From contig OX597818.1 of NCBI GenBank assembly GCA_951406725.2, forward strand, positions 123,938,001-124,002,000: a DNA stretch of 64,000 bases, in the 5' to 3' direction. Each line of letters opens with the position of its first letter. Positions within the stretch are counted from its first letter, which is position 1. Below are positions 51,455 through 64,000 of the stretch, piece by piece. Source of the DNA: Octopus vulgaris (Eukaryota). A program made the translations under genes and the position numbers. The notes under the pieces are model-generated. The model saw only the letters and a program-made list of their open reading frames with translations. It searched no databases and was not told the origin of the DNA.

Positions 51455-51945
51455 CTTTATCATTTAACGTCCGCTTTCCATGCTGGCATGGGTTGGACGA
51501 TTTGACAGGACTGGCGAACCAGATGGCTGCACCAGTCTCCAATCTGATCTGGCAGAGTTTCTACAGCTGGATGCCCTTCCTAATGCCAACCACTCCGAGA
51601 GTGTAGCCAGATGGCTGCACCAGGCTCCAATCTGATCTGGCAGAGTTTCTACAGCTGGATACCCTTCCTAATGCCAACCACTCCGAGAGTGTAGCCAGAT
51701 GGCTGCACCAGGCTCCAATCTGATCTGGCAGAGTTTCTACAGCTGGATGCCCTTCCTAACGCCAACCACTCCGTGAGTGTAGCCAGATGGCTGCACCAGG
51801 CTCCAATCTGATCTGGCAGAGTTTCTACAGCTGGATGCCCTTCCTAACACCAACCACTCCGAGAGTGTAGTGGGTGCTTTTACGTACCACCGGCACGAGG
51901 GCCAGTCTGGCGGTACTGGCAATGGCCACGCTTGAAATGGTGTTT
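51455..51945 (-). mobile_element. RTE-type 3' end with a 4x 88-bp internal tandem amplification
   Basis: agatggctgcacc starts at 51521, 51609, 51697 and 51785. Confidence 0.85.
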
Positions 51946-52664
51946 CAATCAATTTAATAAATCAGATAAATTTTGAAACAACTGCTAAATGCACAACAGA
52001 TTTCAAACCAAGAAAATTATATAATTAGCTGACTCATTTTGAACTTAGTAAAAGACAATGGACATACCTTCCACACTCATGCTCTGTCAAAGGGATCAAT
52101 CTGAACAACAGTTTGGAAAAGACTATGTGTAAATCAATAAAAAGAAAAACCGGATTGCTAACTCAGATCACAGCAAAATGTCCTGAATTTTTTTTTAATT
52201 TTGCCTTTTTTGTTTCTCTACCCATGAAAGGGAGTTAGTTGAAATTTTTGTTTTGTAATGAAAGTCAGGAAGTATATGACTAACAAGCTTATTATCAATA
52301 GAGTAATTCTACCCAGTCCTGCTTGAATGAAGCTAGAAGGTCATCATTAAAATCCTGTAACTTAAGGAGACTCCTAGTACACAATATGAAACAATCTCCC
52401 TTACCTTCATTCCTAACGCTATTTACTACCAGAAATAATTGACCGACTGTAATCCTAGACACAATACTACAGTTTACCAATTGCAATATAAAAAATTTGA
52501 AAATAAATAAACTACCAGAAATATCACCAAGATCTCTTTTCAATTTGCTGGGTCTGGAAGAAGGAGCAATGCCCATGACCTTCACCAGTTTTCTTAGACC
52601 AAAGAGATTCATGCCAATGTTATTTTTTGAACCATTATTAAGTCAATACATGCAGAATAAAATA

Positions 52665-53260
52665 TACAAGGTGTATGGGCCAAATTTGACAGTTTGCATA
52701 AAGAAAACGATATCCCATCCAAAAATAAAAGTATTTAAAAAATAAACAAATATCAACTCGATTATGGCTGAAAAATAAGTTTACTCAAAGTAGCCTCCCT
52801 CAGCTTCCACCACAGCCCCAAGGCAGCTCTGGAACCTAGTGCATGCTTTCCTCACTGTGTCCCTGGGAAGATCTTTGAACACATTGACCTTGGCCACATG
52901 CTCAACCGTGGTGTTGCAAGCAGAGCAGTTTGTGCCTTTTTTTCAACCATGCCCCAAGCATAGTAATCCATGGGATTATAATCAGAGGAATTACGAGGCC
53001 AAAATCTGGGGCTGGTAAAGTCACAGAACTTTTCCAACAACCATTCCTGACAAAGAACCGAATCCTGCTCTCTGACATATAGCGTTCCAGAAGCAACTCA
53101 CTCCAGCCAGTGTTTAACCACAATCTCCAGTAGCTTCTTATAGCCATCTGAATTGAGCCTAAGGCCTTGTTCATCAGTTGTTGGATAAATTTTGGTACAT
53201 GGACACAGTCAGAATGCCTGCCATGACCCTTCCTGCTGGCCACGGCTTTGTAGTCTCCAT
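52665..53260 (-). pseudogene. Tc1/mariner (maT/DD37D-like) transposase C-terminal relic with right end
   Basis: FWPRNSSDYNPMDYYAWGMVE (WPPNSPDLNPLDY-like); TA-flanked end tacaaggtgtatgggcc. Confidence 0.7.
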
Positions 53261-53599
53261 AAGTCGGTTATTTCAGAGAGACATTTCAAAGAGTGCAACA
53301 TGGTTAGACTGAAGAGTGATATATATATATATGTGTGTGTGTATGTATATATGTGTGTATGTATACATTTGTGTCTATGTTTGTTCCCCCAACATCGCTT
53401 GACAACCGATGCTGGTGTGTTTACATCCCTGTAACTTAGCAGTTCGGCAAAAGAGACCAATAGAATAAGTACTAGGCTTACAAAGAAGTTCTGGAGTTGA
53501 TTTGTTCGACTAAAGGCGGTGCTCCAGCATGACCACAGACAAGTGGGTCCAGAATGCCCGAGTACAGCTTTTAAGCTAGTATATACATATATATTAAAA

Positions 53600-54200
53600 A
53601 GTAAAGGCCTCTTTTAGTCATCAATGACCATGGGATTGCACCTAGACAGTTCCCTTCAAAAGCACAAGTCCAAGCAAGGTTGTTTATGGGAGACCAGCAG
53701 TCACCCATGCATACCAGCCTCCCCTCTTCATGCCACTGACGTTATCCAAGGGAAAGGTGAAGGCTGATATAGCTTGGCTTGAGAGACGTTGCAACTCATT
53801 TCTATAGCTGAGTAAACTGGAGCAATGAGAAAAAGTATCTTGCTGAAGAACACAACACAGCCCAGTCTGGGAATCAAACTCACTATCCCGTGAAAGAGAG
53901 CCCGACACTAACCACTGAACTATGCACCTTCACAGTGGAGTTCAATTCCTGGACCAGTCTGTGTGTCATGCTCTTGAGCAAGACACTTTATTTCATGTTG
54001 CGCCAGTTCACTCAGTTGTAGAAATAAGTCGTACCAAGCTGAATCAGCCTTTGCCTTTCCCTTGGACAAAATCAGTGGCATGGAGAGGGGAGGCTGGTAT
54101 GCATGGGCGACTGTTGGTCTTCCATAAACAACCTTGCCTGGCCTTGTGCTTTGGAAAGTAACTTTCTGGGCGTAATCCTATGGTCATTCATGACTAAAGG
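53600..54200. mobile_element. head-to-head pair of SINE family D copies
   Basis: 53600-53925 (-) and 53935-54200 (+) are diverged reverse complements. Confidence 0.7.
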
Positions 54201-54226
54201 TGGTTTTTATCTATATATATATACAT

Positions 54227-54618
54227 GCGTAGGAGTGGCCGTGTGGTAAGTAGCTTGCTTACGAACCACATGGTTCCGGGTTCAATCCCACTGCGTGGCA
54301 CCTTGGGAAAGTGTCTTCTACTATAGCCTTGGGCCGACCAAAGCCTTGTGAGTGGATCTGGTAGACGGAAACTGAAAGAAGCCCGTCGTATGTGTGTGTG
54401 TGTGTGTGTGTGTGTATACGTTTGTGTCTATGTTTGTTCCCCCAACATCGCTTGACAAACGATGCTGGTGTGTTTACGTCCCCGTAATTCAGCGGTTCGG
54501 CAAAAGAGACCGATAGAATAAGTACTAGGCTTACAAAGAATAAGTTCTGGAGTTGATTTGTTCGACTAAAGGCAGTGCTCCAGCATGACCACAGTCAAGC
54601 GACAAATGAATAAAAGAA
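54227..54618 (+). mobile_element. SINE family B
   Basis: Full length; its 3' half also appears at about 53350-53540. Confidence 0.85.
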
Positions 54619-55183
54619 TATTTGAGAGAGAGAGAGCACACTACTTAAGTCATGGAATTGAAACCACGAATTTATGATTGTAGTTCAACATCCAAACAAC
54701 TAAGCCAAGAGACCTTCTTCACATTATAAAACTAGTCAAATATGATTGGTACTGCTATTGTGTTGCAAATAGTCATAGTTGTCAAAAACTGAAAAAATTT
54801 TTTCCCTATAAAGATAATTCCGTTGCCAGCCACCGATGTTCAAATATTATCATGTGCTCATGTGTTAGATTGCAATGTGCCTTGCTACTGCAACAAATGA
54901 CTATAAGAGACTATTATGTTCTACAATGACCTCAGGTTAAATGTAGTCATTGCTACTGCACTTGATTTGAAAGAACTATCTCTTCTGAGATAATTGCAGT
55001 TACAAGTTTTTCAACTCACTATTTTAAATATGAGAGACTTTACTCTATATATAGAATACTAAACACTCAGCTGAGGAATTTTCTCACCCATATTAACAAT
55101 CATGCTACTGCATTGCCTCTAAATTTATCATCATCATCATCATTCGTTAAATATCTGCTTTTCCATGCTTCTACAAGTCATGA

Positions 55184-55565
55184 GGAGGCGCAATGGCCCA
55201 GTGGTTAGGGCAGCGGGCTCGCGGTCATAGGATCGCGGTTTCGATTCCCAGACCGGGCGTTGTGAGTGTTTATTGAGCGAAAACACCTAAAAGCTCCACG
55301 AGGCTCTGGCAGGGGATGGTGGTGATTCCTGCTGTACTCTTTCACCACAACTTTCTCTCACACTTACTTCCTGTTTCTGTTGCACCTGTATTTCAAAGGG
55401 CCGGCATTGTCACTCTGTGTCACGCTGAATATCCCCGAGAACTACGTTAAGGGTGCACGTGTCTGTGGAGTGCTCAGCCACTTACACGTTAATTTCACGA
55501 ACAGGCTGTTCTGTTGATTCAGATCAACCGGAACCCTCATCGTCGTAACCGATGGAGTGCTTCCA
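55184..55565 (+). mobile_element. tRNA-derived SINE family A, tail 1
   Basis: TSD acaagtcatga at 55173-55183 / 55568-55578. Confidence 0.9.
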
Positions 55566-55582
55566 CCACAAGTCATGAAATT

Positions 55583-55778
55583 CGCAGGAGTGGCTGTGTG
55601 GTAAGTAGATTGCTTACCAGCCACACAGTTCCGGGTTCAGTCCCACTGCGTGGCACCTTGGGCAAGTGTCTTCTACTATAGCCTCGGGCCAACCAAAGCC
55701 TTGTGAGTGGATTTGGTAAACGGAAACTGAAAGAAGCCCGTCGTGTGTGTATATATATATATATACATGTGTGTGTGT

Positions 55779-55827
<49 letters not shown>

Positions 55828-56010
55828 TCCCCAACATCGCTTGACAACCGATGCTGGTGTGTTTAAGTCCCCATTACTTAGCGGCTCGGCAAAAGAGACC
55901 GATAGGATAAGTACTAGGCTTACAAAGAAGTCCTGGGGTCGATTTGCTCGACTAAAAGGCGGTGCTCCGGCATGGCCGCAGTCAAATGACTGAAACAAGT
56001 AAAAGAGAAA
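55583..56010 (+). mobile_element. SINE family B
   Basis: Full-length match. Confidence 0.85.
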
Positions 56011-56324
56011 AAAGAGAAAAACTAAGAGTGGGGATTTGCAAGAGTGTATGGTGGAGGAGAGGAAGGTAAACATCAGCTAGGGTTGGAAGAATGGATGCGG
56101 GGGTGGGGATTGCCAGTGGTGCCTGAATCGGGGAGATAGATGGATGCAAGAAGAGAACAGCATTAGGATAATTATGATGATGTAGTTGACATAGGAGAGG
56201 ACATGAGTGATGAAGTGTTTGGGTCAGCTACAGGAGAGAGGGAAGGAGAGAGAGAGAGAGAGGTGTGATGCATGAGGATAGAATTTGGTGGTCATATGAG
56301 TGTAGACAACAATATTAATGGGCT

Positions 56325-56588
56325 GTAGCCAGCACCGCATCGACTGGCCTCCCTGCTGGTGGCACGTAACAAACACGTAACAAACAGCCTTGCCTGGCAC
56401 CTGTGTCGGTGGCACATAAAAAGCACCCACTACATTCACGGAGTGGTTGGCGTTAGGAAGAGCATCCAGCTGTAGAAACACTGCCAGATCTGACTGGCCT
56501 GGTGCAGCCTTCGGGCTTCCCAGACCCCAGTTGAACCGTCCAACCCATGCTAGCATGGAAAGCGGATGTTAAACGATGATGATGATGA
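56325..56588 (+). mobile_element. RTE-type LINE 3' end fragment
   Basis: Conserved 3' UTR plus (GAT)n. Confidence 0.8.
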
Positions 56589-57553
56589 TACATTAACATT
56601 GTCCTGGAGAAACAGAAAGGGTAGCTGCAGTGGGAAAGATGGGCAGGAGTGGAGGGGGGATGAGGAGATATCTATTTGTGCATGTATATATATGTACACC
56701 CACAGTGTTTCCCAGAAGTCAGTTTTACCATGAAAGGCATCTTTTCACAAGGAGTGTATTGCCAGAGAGGAAAATATGTAATATATAAAAACATTTTTCA
56801 AAAACTTCTTCAACTTGCTCTTATTGGGCCAGAAATGGCTGGTTCTAATTGCTAAAAGGCTTAAGCACATCAAGAACTTTATTACTCTGCATATGTAGAT
56901 AAGACTCTTATGAGGAAGCTTTCTTCCCAACCACATAGTTCTGGGTTCAGTTCCACTGTGTGGCACCTTGGACAAATGTCTTCTACTGTAGCTGCAGGCC
57001 GACCAAAGCTTTGTGAGTGGACTTGGTAGACAGAAACTGAAAGAAGTCAATTATGTGTGTGTGTGTGTGTCTGTGTGTGTGTCCATCCTCCTCTACCACT
57101 TGGTGTTGGTGTGTTTATGTCCCTGCAACTTAATGGGTTCGGCAGAAGAGACTGACAGAATAAGTAACAGGCTTAAAACAAAAGAAAATCCTGCATTTGA
57201 TTCATTCAACTAAAACTTCTTCAAGGCAGTGGCCCAGCATGGCCACAGTCTAATGACTAAAAGATGTAAAAGATATCTGTGTCCTCATTCTATTGCAATG
57301 ACATACTTGCATGACTCCGTTCTCTGTCACTTAAGACAAAATCTAAAAATCAATAGCATCTATATAGTCAGACGTATGGATCACATTCAAAAAGAAAGTT
57401 ACACAAGTCATGAGAACCAAGAACTTAGTCACTGAATTTCATGTTTAATTGTGATTGATTTCACTGTAAACTTCCCAATTTCTCAGTTTACATTTGTATT
57501 TAATGTGCTAAGTCAAAAGCACATTTTCTTTGGTTCAATTGATTCATCCACCA

Positions 57554-57975
57554 TCTCTCTATATATAAACGGCAGTTTGTCTGTCTGTGTGTCTGTCAGG
57601 TTGTACCCTCACCCTGACCACGGCTTTCAACCGATTCTGATGAAACTTGACTCATACATAGCCCAATGTCATAATTCAAAACTAACGCAGCAAAAATTTT
57701 GAAAAGTTCCCCCAGTTCTGAAAAGAATCGATAAATTCAACATGGGGTACATAATCTAAGCTTTTTATATGCAACACATTTTCTGTTGTAGTTTTCGCAA
57801 CTTGCAATCGGGAGACAGCTAGGAACATCGTATACATAGAAGTATTCGAGTGAAGAGAAGACATTGCAACCTACACATGCGCCTTCGTTCCCTAGAGGGA
57901 AAGAACTAGATTGGGATTAGTCGTTGCCTACAAGGGGCTCTTACATACCCGAGCAACGCCGGGCTATGCTGCTAG
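57554..57975 (+). mobile_element. non-autonomous Helitron
   Basis: A|TCTCTCTATATATAAA 5' end, (GTCT)n, 3' hairpin cccgagcaacgccggg, CTAG|T end, no TSD. Confidence 0.8.
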
Positions 57976-58351
57976 TACTGTATACAGTTCAATTAATAAA
58001 AAAGAAAAAGTTTTGTCATGAAAATTTATCAAACATTTCCCAAGGATATGGGAGTTTAGAAATGGCTGGGAACTACTATTGTAAGTAATCACATAACCTG
58101 CAAGGAATAACAATCAAATTTTCGTCAAGTCACCCACTAGCATTTAAATTGGCCATATCCAACCCAAATATTCTACATGTTTTATGTTCAAACCAGTCAG
58201 ACTGGTCCCACACACCTGCCTAATGGCCTAATAATGCCACATAATTGACATCTCAAAATCACAAGATCGTGCATGATTGATTTCAAAATAATGTGAAGAA
58301 ATAAGCATTGCATTTGACAGAGTAATCAGAAAGTTAAAGGGTTAAAGAAAG

Positions 58352-59093
58352 GGATCTTTTCCTTTTGAACGGCAGATGTCAACACAATTTCTAGTTAACT
58401 AAACACTTTTAAACTTCGTATACTGGTAGAATGTGTTTATAAAACATTTTTTTTCTTGGCTTTATTGAGAAAATTCTATAGTTTTTAAGATATTTTGTCT
58501 GAAAATCCGAGCATTTCGGCAATTTTAACCAATCGATTACCTCCATTCAACTAAAATCATTTGTTGCGTCTAAAACTGAGACAACATCCTGTAACTAACC
58601 CTAACCCTCCCCCTAACTTTTTTAATTGTTAAATTAATTTAATTGTTACGCGTGTAAAATAAACTCGAAAACAATGGAAAATGATTTAAACAATTAACGA
58701 ACAAAATCATTCTATAATTTTATACACACGCTTTCCGTATACGTACGGAAAGCGTGTGCATAAAATTATAAAATTATTTTGTTTGTTAATTGTTGAAATC
58801 CTTTTCCATTGTTTTCGGGGTTTTTTTTTACACGCGTAACAATTAAGAAAAAAAATTAGGGTTAGGTTGAGGGGTAGTGTCTCAGTTTTAGACGCAGCAA
58901 ATGAGTTAGCTCAAAAGAGAGCATAGGATTGGTTAAAATTCGAAAAATTAAACTACGTTAAACAAACAAATTACAATTTTCTCAAGAAAGCCAAGAGAAA
59001 AAACTGTTTTATTTTGACACATTCTACCAGTATACGAAGTTTTAAAGTGTTTAGTTAACTAGAAATTGTCTGCCGTTCAAAATGAAAAGATCC
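58352..59093. mobile_element. ~740-bp foldback MITE (Mutator-like)
   Basis: ggatcttttc...gaaaagatcc termini, arms meeting at gctttccgtatacgtacggaaagc, flanking aaagaaag on both sides. Confidence 0.8.
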
Positions 59094-60047
59094 AAAGAAA
59101 GAAAGAAAACAAGGCATCAACTAACCAGATCCAAAGAAAGAAAGAAAACAAGGCATCAACTAACCAGATCCTAGAGGTCAGAAATAAGAGGAAGAAAGAC
59201 AACAGTCACAACCTACTTCAAAACCTTTCAAGATTAAAGATAATTATCAGATTAGAGACCTGGCACTAATGCTTTTAACAAAAGATTCCACTAAATACCC
59301 TCAAGGGCCAAGTACTTGCGTCAGACTGAGACAATGAATTCAGTCAACTCTTGCCCCAATAACAAGAACAGTTCCAACAAGCTTCAGAGTATTCATCTAC
59401 ATAGCTCTGGTGTTGGGCAAGTTTAAAACTTTAAAATCTATCTTTATTAACCCTTTAGCATTATCCATCCCCAAATATTCTACCCGTTTTATGTTCAAAC
59501 TGGCCAGATCCAGCTCTTCACATTTGAGGGTCAATAAAGTACTTTTATTGACCCTCAAATAACTTTTCACTAGTACTTTATTGACCTTTGAGGGTCACGA
59601 CTAGTCCCACCCACCCAAAAGAAATTTCAAGCCTTGTGCCTTTAGCAGACAAGATTACTACTACTATTATCTGGGAAGCAAGCTGGTAGTATTGTTAGCA
59701 TACCGAGCAAAATGCTTACTGTCATTTCATCCAGCTTTACATCACTAGTTCAAATTCTGCTAAGGTTGACTTTGCCTTTCATTCTTTCGGGGTCAATAAA
59801 ATAACCAGTTGAACACTGAGGTCGACATAATCGACATATATGCCCTCCCCGGAAATTGCTGGCCTTGCACCGGAATTTGAAACCCTTATTTCTGCCAACC
59901 TTTATCTCTGTAAAATATCCATGCCATAGCCACATCTGTTCTCATTCCATTCTCAAAAGTACCCCTTCCACATACCCACTTTTGCCCGCAGCCATTGCGT
60001 ACATGCATGAATGCCTATCGGTGGGTGACAAACACAGACACACAAAT

Positions 60048-60096
<49 letters not shown>

Positions 60097-60435
60097 TACG
60101 ACAGGCTTCTTTCAGTTTCCTTCTACCAAATCCACTCACAAGGCTTTGGTTGGCCCAGGGCTATAGTAGAAGACACTTGCCCAAGGTGCCACGCAGTGGG
60201 ACTGAACCCGGAACCATGTGGTTGGTGGTTGAAACTGGTTTCAATGAACTGTTTCCTTTAGCTCGTGCCTGTATCATCATCGTTGTTTACAGCTAAATAT
60301 GCCCTAAGACTTATGAATAATGAAGCTTTTGTTGTGACCATCCCCTCAGCTACTTCCATATGTCAAGTTAATGTGCGTGTTTAGGATGTGAGCAGAGGAA
60401 ATCTAGGAAATCTGAATAACTATGGAGAACCTTAA

Positions 60436-60656
60436 CCCTTTAGCATTTAAACCAGCCATATCTGGCCAAAAGTATTCTGCCTGTTTTATGTTAAAACTGG
60501 CCAGATCTGGTCTCTCACACCAACCCTACAATATCATTTTAAAAATTAACAGCTACCTCATCAAAATCTCATAACTACAAGATAATGCATGATTAGTTCA
60601 AAACAATGAGGACAAAAAAGCATTAGTTTTGGCAGAATAATGCGAACACTAAAGGG
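60436..60656. mobile_element. piggyBac-like MITE
   Basis: TTAA|CCCTTTAG...CTAAAGGG|TTAA. Confidence 0.8.
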
Positions 60657-60915
60657 TTAAAGGCACCAGGGACATATTACAACTGAAGAACATCTACGGT
60701 ACAGCTTACGCTGAAAGAAAAAAATCCTTAATTTTACAATTTCATAGAAATCTAACTTATCTCCAAATATTTTAAGTGTTGTACCGAGATAACTATGATA
60801 TATAATAGAAGACACTCTTTTATACAAATATACAATAACCAACCATATAAAAGATTTGAAAATTTCTGAAAGTTTATTTACACACGTAACATTTTTAAAT
60901 AACTACACATCTAAC

Positions 60916-61104
60916 TCTCTCTTTACTCTTTTACTTGTTTCAGTCATTTGACTGCGGCCATGCTGGAGCACCGCCTTTAGTCGAGCAACTCGACCCTGGA
61001 ACTTTTTCTATCGGTCTCTTTTGCCAAACCGCTAAGTAACGGGGACATAAACACACCAGCATCGGTTGTCAAGCAATGCTAGGGGGACAAGCACAGACAC
61101 ACAA

Positions 61105-61145
<41 letters not shown>

Positions 61146-61308
61146 CGACGGCCTTCTTTCAGTTTCCGTCTACCAAATCCACTCACAAGGCTTTGGTCGG
61201 CCCGAGGCTATAGTAGAAGACACTTGCCCAAGGTGCCACGCAGTGGGACTGAACCCGGAACCATGTGGTTGGTAAGCAAGCTACTTACCACACAGCCACT
61301 CCTGTGCC
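60916..61308 (-). mobile_element. SINE family B
   Basis: Full-length match. Confidence 0.85.
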
Positions 61309-61983
61309 TAACTGTAAAACATTGATATTGAAGTGCTATCTGTAATCGGTTGTTTCAACCCTTGAACTGTACCCATGTTGAGGTACTGTCAAACAAATCA
61401 ACCCCGGTACTTATTTTTAAGCCTGGGTCATTTATTCTGTTGGCAGGTTACAGGTACGTAAGCAAAAACCTGTTGTCAATCGGTAGGCTAGGGACAAACA
61501 CATATACATAATAAACACACACACACGAGCTTCAACACAGTCTCCATCTTCTAAATTCACTCAGCGTATTAGACGCCCCGGGGCTACAGCAGAAGACGCT
61601 TGCACAAGATACCGTATAGTGAGACTGAACGCGAAACTACATGGTTGCAAAGATAGCTTCTTAATCACAGCCATTATTTTATATTGAAGTCGGTCGGCTC
61701 CAATTTTTCCCCCTCTTCAAAAGTTAATCAGCGTAGCTATTCAATCAAGTATATTATAAATATACAGAGTTATCAGGAGTGGTAATGGCATTAATTAATA
61801 GTTACCGACATTCATAGCCAAGGAGAGAGGGTAGACAGGTATGGACGAAACAACATACTCAGCTCCGAGATACATGTATATTTTCTTTCTAATTTTGGCC
61901 ACCAATTACGAGGGAAAGGGACAAGCCGATTACACTGACTCCTAGTAATTGATTAGCACTTATTTAATCAACCACCTAAGAAT

Positions 61984-62379
61984 GAAAGCGTGTGTATAAA
62001 ATTATAGAATTATTTTGTTTGTTAATTGTTTAAATTATTTTCCATTGCTTTCGTTTTTTTTTTTTTTTTTATTTTTTTTTACACGCGTAACAATTAAATT
62101 AATTTAACAATTAAGAAAAAAAATTAGGGTTAGTGACAGGATGCTGTCTCAGTTTTAGACGCAGCAAATGATTTTAGTTGAATGGAGGTAATCGATTGGT
62201 TAAAATTGCCGAAATGCTCGGATTTTCAGACGAAATATCTTACAAACTATAGAATTTTCTCAATAAAACCAAGAAAAAAATGATGTTTTATAAACACATT
62301 CTACCAGTATACGAAGTTTAAAAGTGTTTAGTTAACTAGAAATTGTGTTGACATCTGCCGTTCAAAAGGAAAAGATCCC
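61984..62379. mobile_element. single arm of the foldback MITE family
   Basis: Near-exact reverse complement of 58351-58735. Confidence 0.8.
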
Positions 62380-62384
62380 GTGAT

Positions 62385-62637
62385 AGGCGATCTTTCGATA
62401 CTAGTAACATAACTGTCACTTATAAACCACGTGAGTTTACTTACATTTCTGAACACACATATATATATATATATATATATAGATAAGTATATGAAAGAAT
62501 GGAGTTGAACGACTAGTTAACAAATATCCTTTATTCTCGACATATGTTTCGAAGGCTGCATATTCTGATGTGAATTTGCTACCCAGGTATCGGTTATCTT
62601 TCGAATTATCCTTAATAAGATAATTCATTCAATTACT

Positions 62638-62673
<36 letters not shown>

Positions 62674-62851
62674 CACTGCGTGACATCGTGAGCAGGGGTC
62701 ACTGGGTTGACATTTATCTTGTGAGTGTACCTTTAATTCAAAAGGTTACAGTGCGCAGTGTAAGAATGTACATATATATATGTTCAGAAATGTAAATAAA
62801 CCCACGTGGTTTATAAGTGACACTTATGTTACTAGTATCGAAAGATCGCCT
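62385..62851. mobile_element. MITE with ~70-bp TIRs and 3-bp flanking GAT duplication
   Basis: aggcgatctttcgatactagtaacataa...ttatgttactagtatcgaaagatcgcct. Confidence 0.8.
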
Positions 62852-63083
62852 GATCGTACAATACATCACACAGACACGTGTGTATTGTATTCAAACTGTG
62901 GCTGTGTCCCAGGCTTATTATTATTTTTTTAAATCAAGTATTTCCCTTTCCATATTTTCATGGAAGTTCCTTTGTTTCCCGATACACCATCAAACTGAAA
63001 CTACAGAAAATACGAAAAAAACTTAAGAACTCCATCCCCTAAAATAGTCGTGTTTTCAAATACCTTCTTTCTTTCCATATATA

Positions 63084-63119
<36 letters not shown>

Positions 63120-63313
63120 ACACACACACGAGAAAAATATGAAATTGAACATCAGGGGTAGTTTTACCCAACTATCTTCGAAAAAAGAAATAAGGATTGG
63201 AGAACGAGAGCGTAAAGAGAAAAGAAGTGGGACTAAGTTCTTTGAAAGGGGAATAGTGAAAATTTAAACCACAATGACCAGAATTCGATATATGATAAGG
63301 ATTGCCTTATACA

Positions 63314-63616
63314 TTTGTTTTGCCGAACCGCTAAGTTACGGGGACGTAAACACACCAACATCGGTTGTCAAGCGATGTTGGGGGAACAAACACAGACACA
63401 CACATATATAATATATATACATACATACATACATACATACATACACACATATATACGACGGGCTTCTTTCAGTTTCCGTCTACCAAATCCACTCACAAGG
63501 TTTTCGGTCGGCCCGAGGCTATAGTAGAAGACACTTACCCAAGGTGCCACGCAGTGGGACTGAACCCGGAACCATGTGGTTCGTAAGCAAGCTACTTACC
63601 ACACAGCCACTCCTGT
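63314..63616 (-). mobile_element. SINE family B (3'-truncated)
   Basis: Head and core match. Confidence 0.8.
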
Positions 63617-64000
63617 CATGTTGATAAAAACTGCACCTTTCATAGGGATAGCCAAACCACTCCTGATCCCTCATAATTATTTCAAGCTGTGTTTAAGACA
63701 CTTCAACAAAAGGCCTTGTTTTTTTTTGTTTTTTTTATATACCACCCACGATAATGAATCTTTCACTAAAAAGGGGAAAGAAAAAAATCTTCAATTTTAT
63801 TACAATTGTTGACAACATAAAACGTTCACCTCTTTCCTAGTAGATCCGATTTTTACACCGACAGTGTAGATAAAGAAAAGTTATTTACATTTGATAAGGC
63901 TTGATACAGACTATAAATCAATATAGCTGTCTTGCTCAACAGTTATGTAATATGTGCGCATGTGCAGTAAGCAATTGGCATTTACGAGATGTATTAGCAG

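Noticed and set aside
52048-52080. Candidate start exon (ATG AGT GTG GAA G|gtatgt)
   Set aside because: Phase fits exon A, but it is very short, has no signal peptide and has no independent support.
52295-52745. Overlapping 105/82-aa ORFs
   Set aside because: No recognisable motif or splice-compatible boundaries; probably decayed repeat.
57636-57650. CTGATGA hammerhead box
   Set aside because: No stem II/GAAA/stem I context; part of the Helitron body.

Overview
AT-rich, repeat-dense eukaryotic (animal) DNA. The SINE/LINE repertoire looks like a coleoid cephalopod, probably Octopus; this is inferred from recalled repeat families, not from a search. Almost every ORF in the supplied track is a microsatellite or transposon artefact. 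Two things stand out. (1) A 1.35-kb tandem-plus-inverted array at 22814-24163, set in (TA)n. Its ~485-nt unit carries a complete canonical type I hammerhead ribozyme on the minus strand, giving a retrozyme-like, potentially circRNA-producing element. Decayed minimal hammerheads and a Penelope-like GIY-YIG relic occur elsewhere in the window. (2) A minus-strand gene absent from the ORF track. Five phase-compatible exons (48752 down to 29555) encode a ~204-aa partial protein with 12 Cys in two duplicated two-exon modules, one C-terminal TM helix and an ...SRFY end. The rest consists of tRNA-derived SINEs, RTE- and CR1-type LINE fragments, Tc1/mariner relics, hAT-, piggyBac- and foldback-type MITEs, a non-autonomous Helitron and long (TA/TG/GA) microsatellites. 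Exon and ribozyme coordinates were counted base by base; repeat boundaries are approximate.
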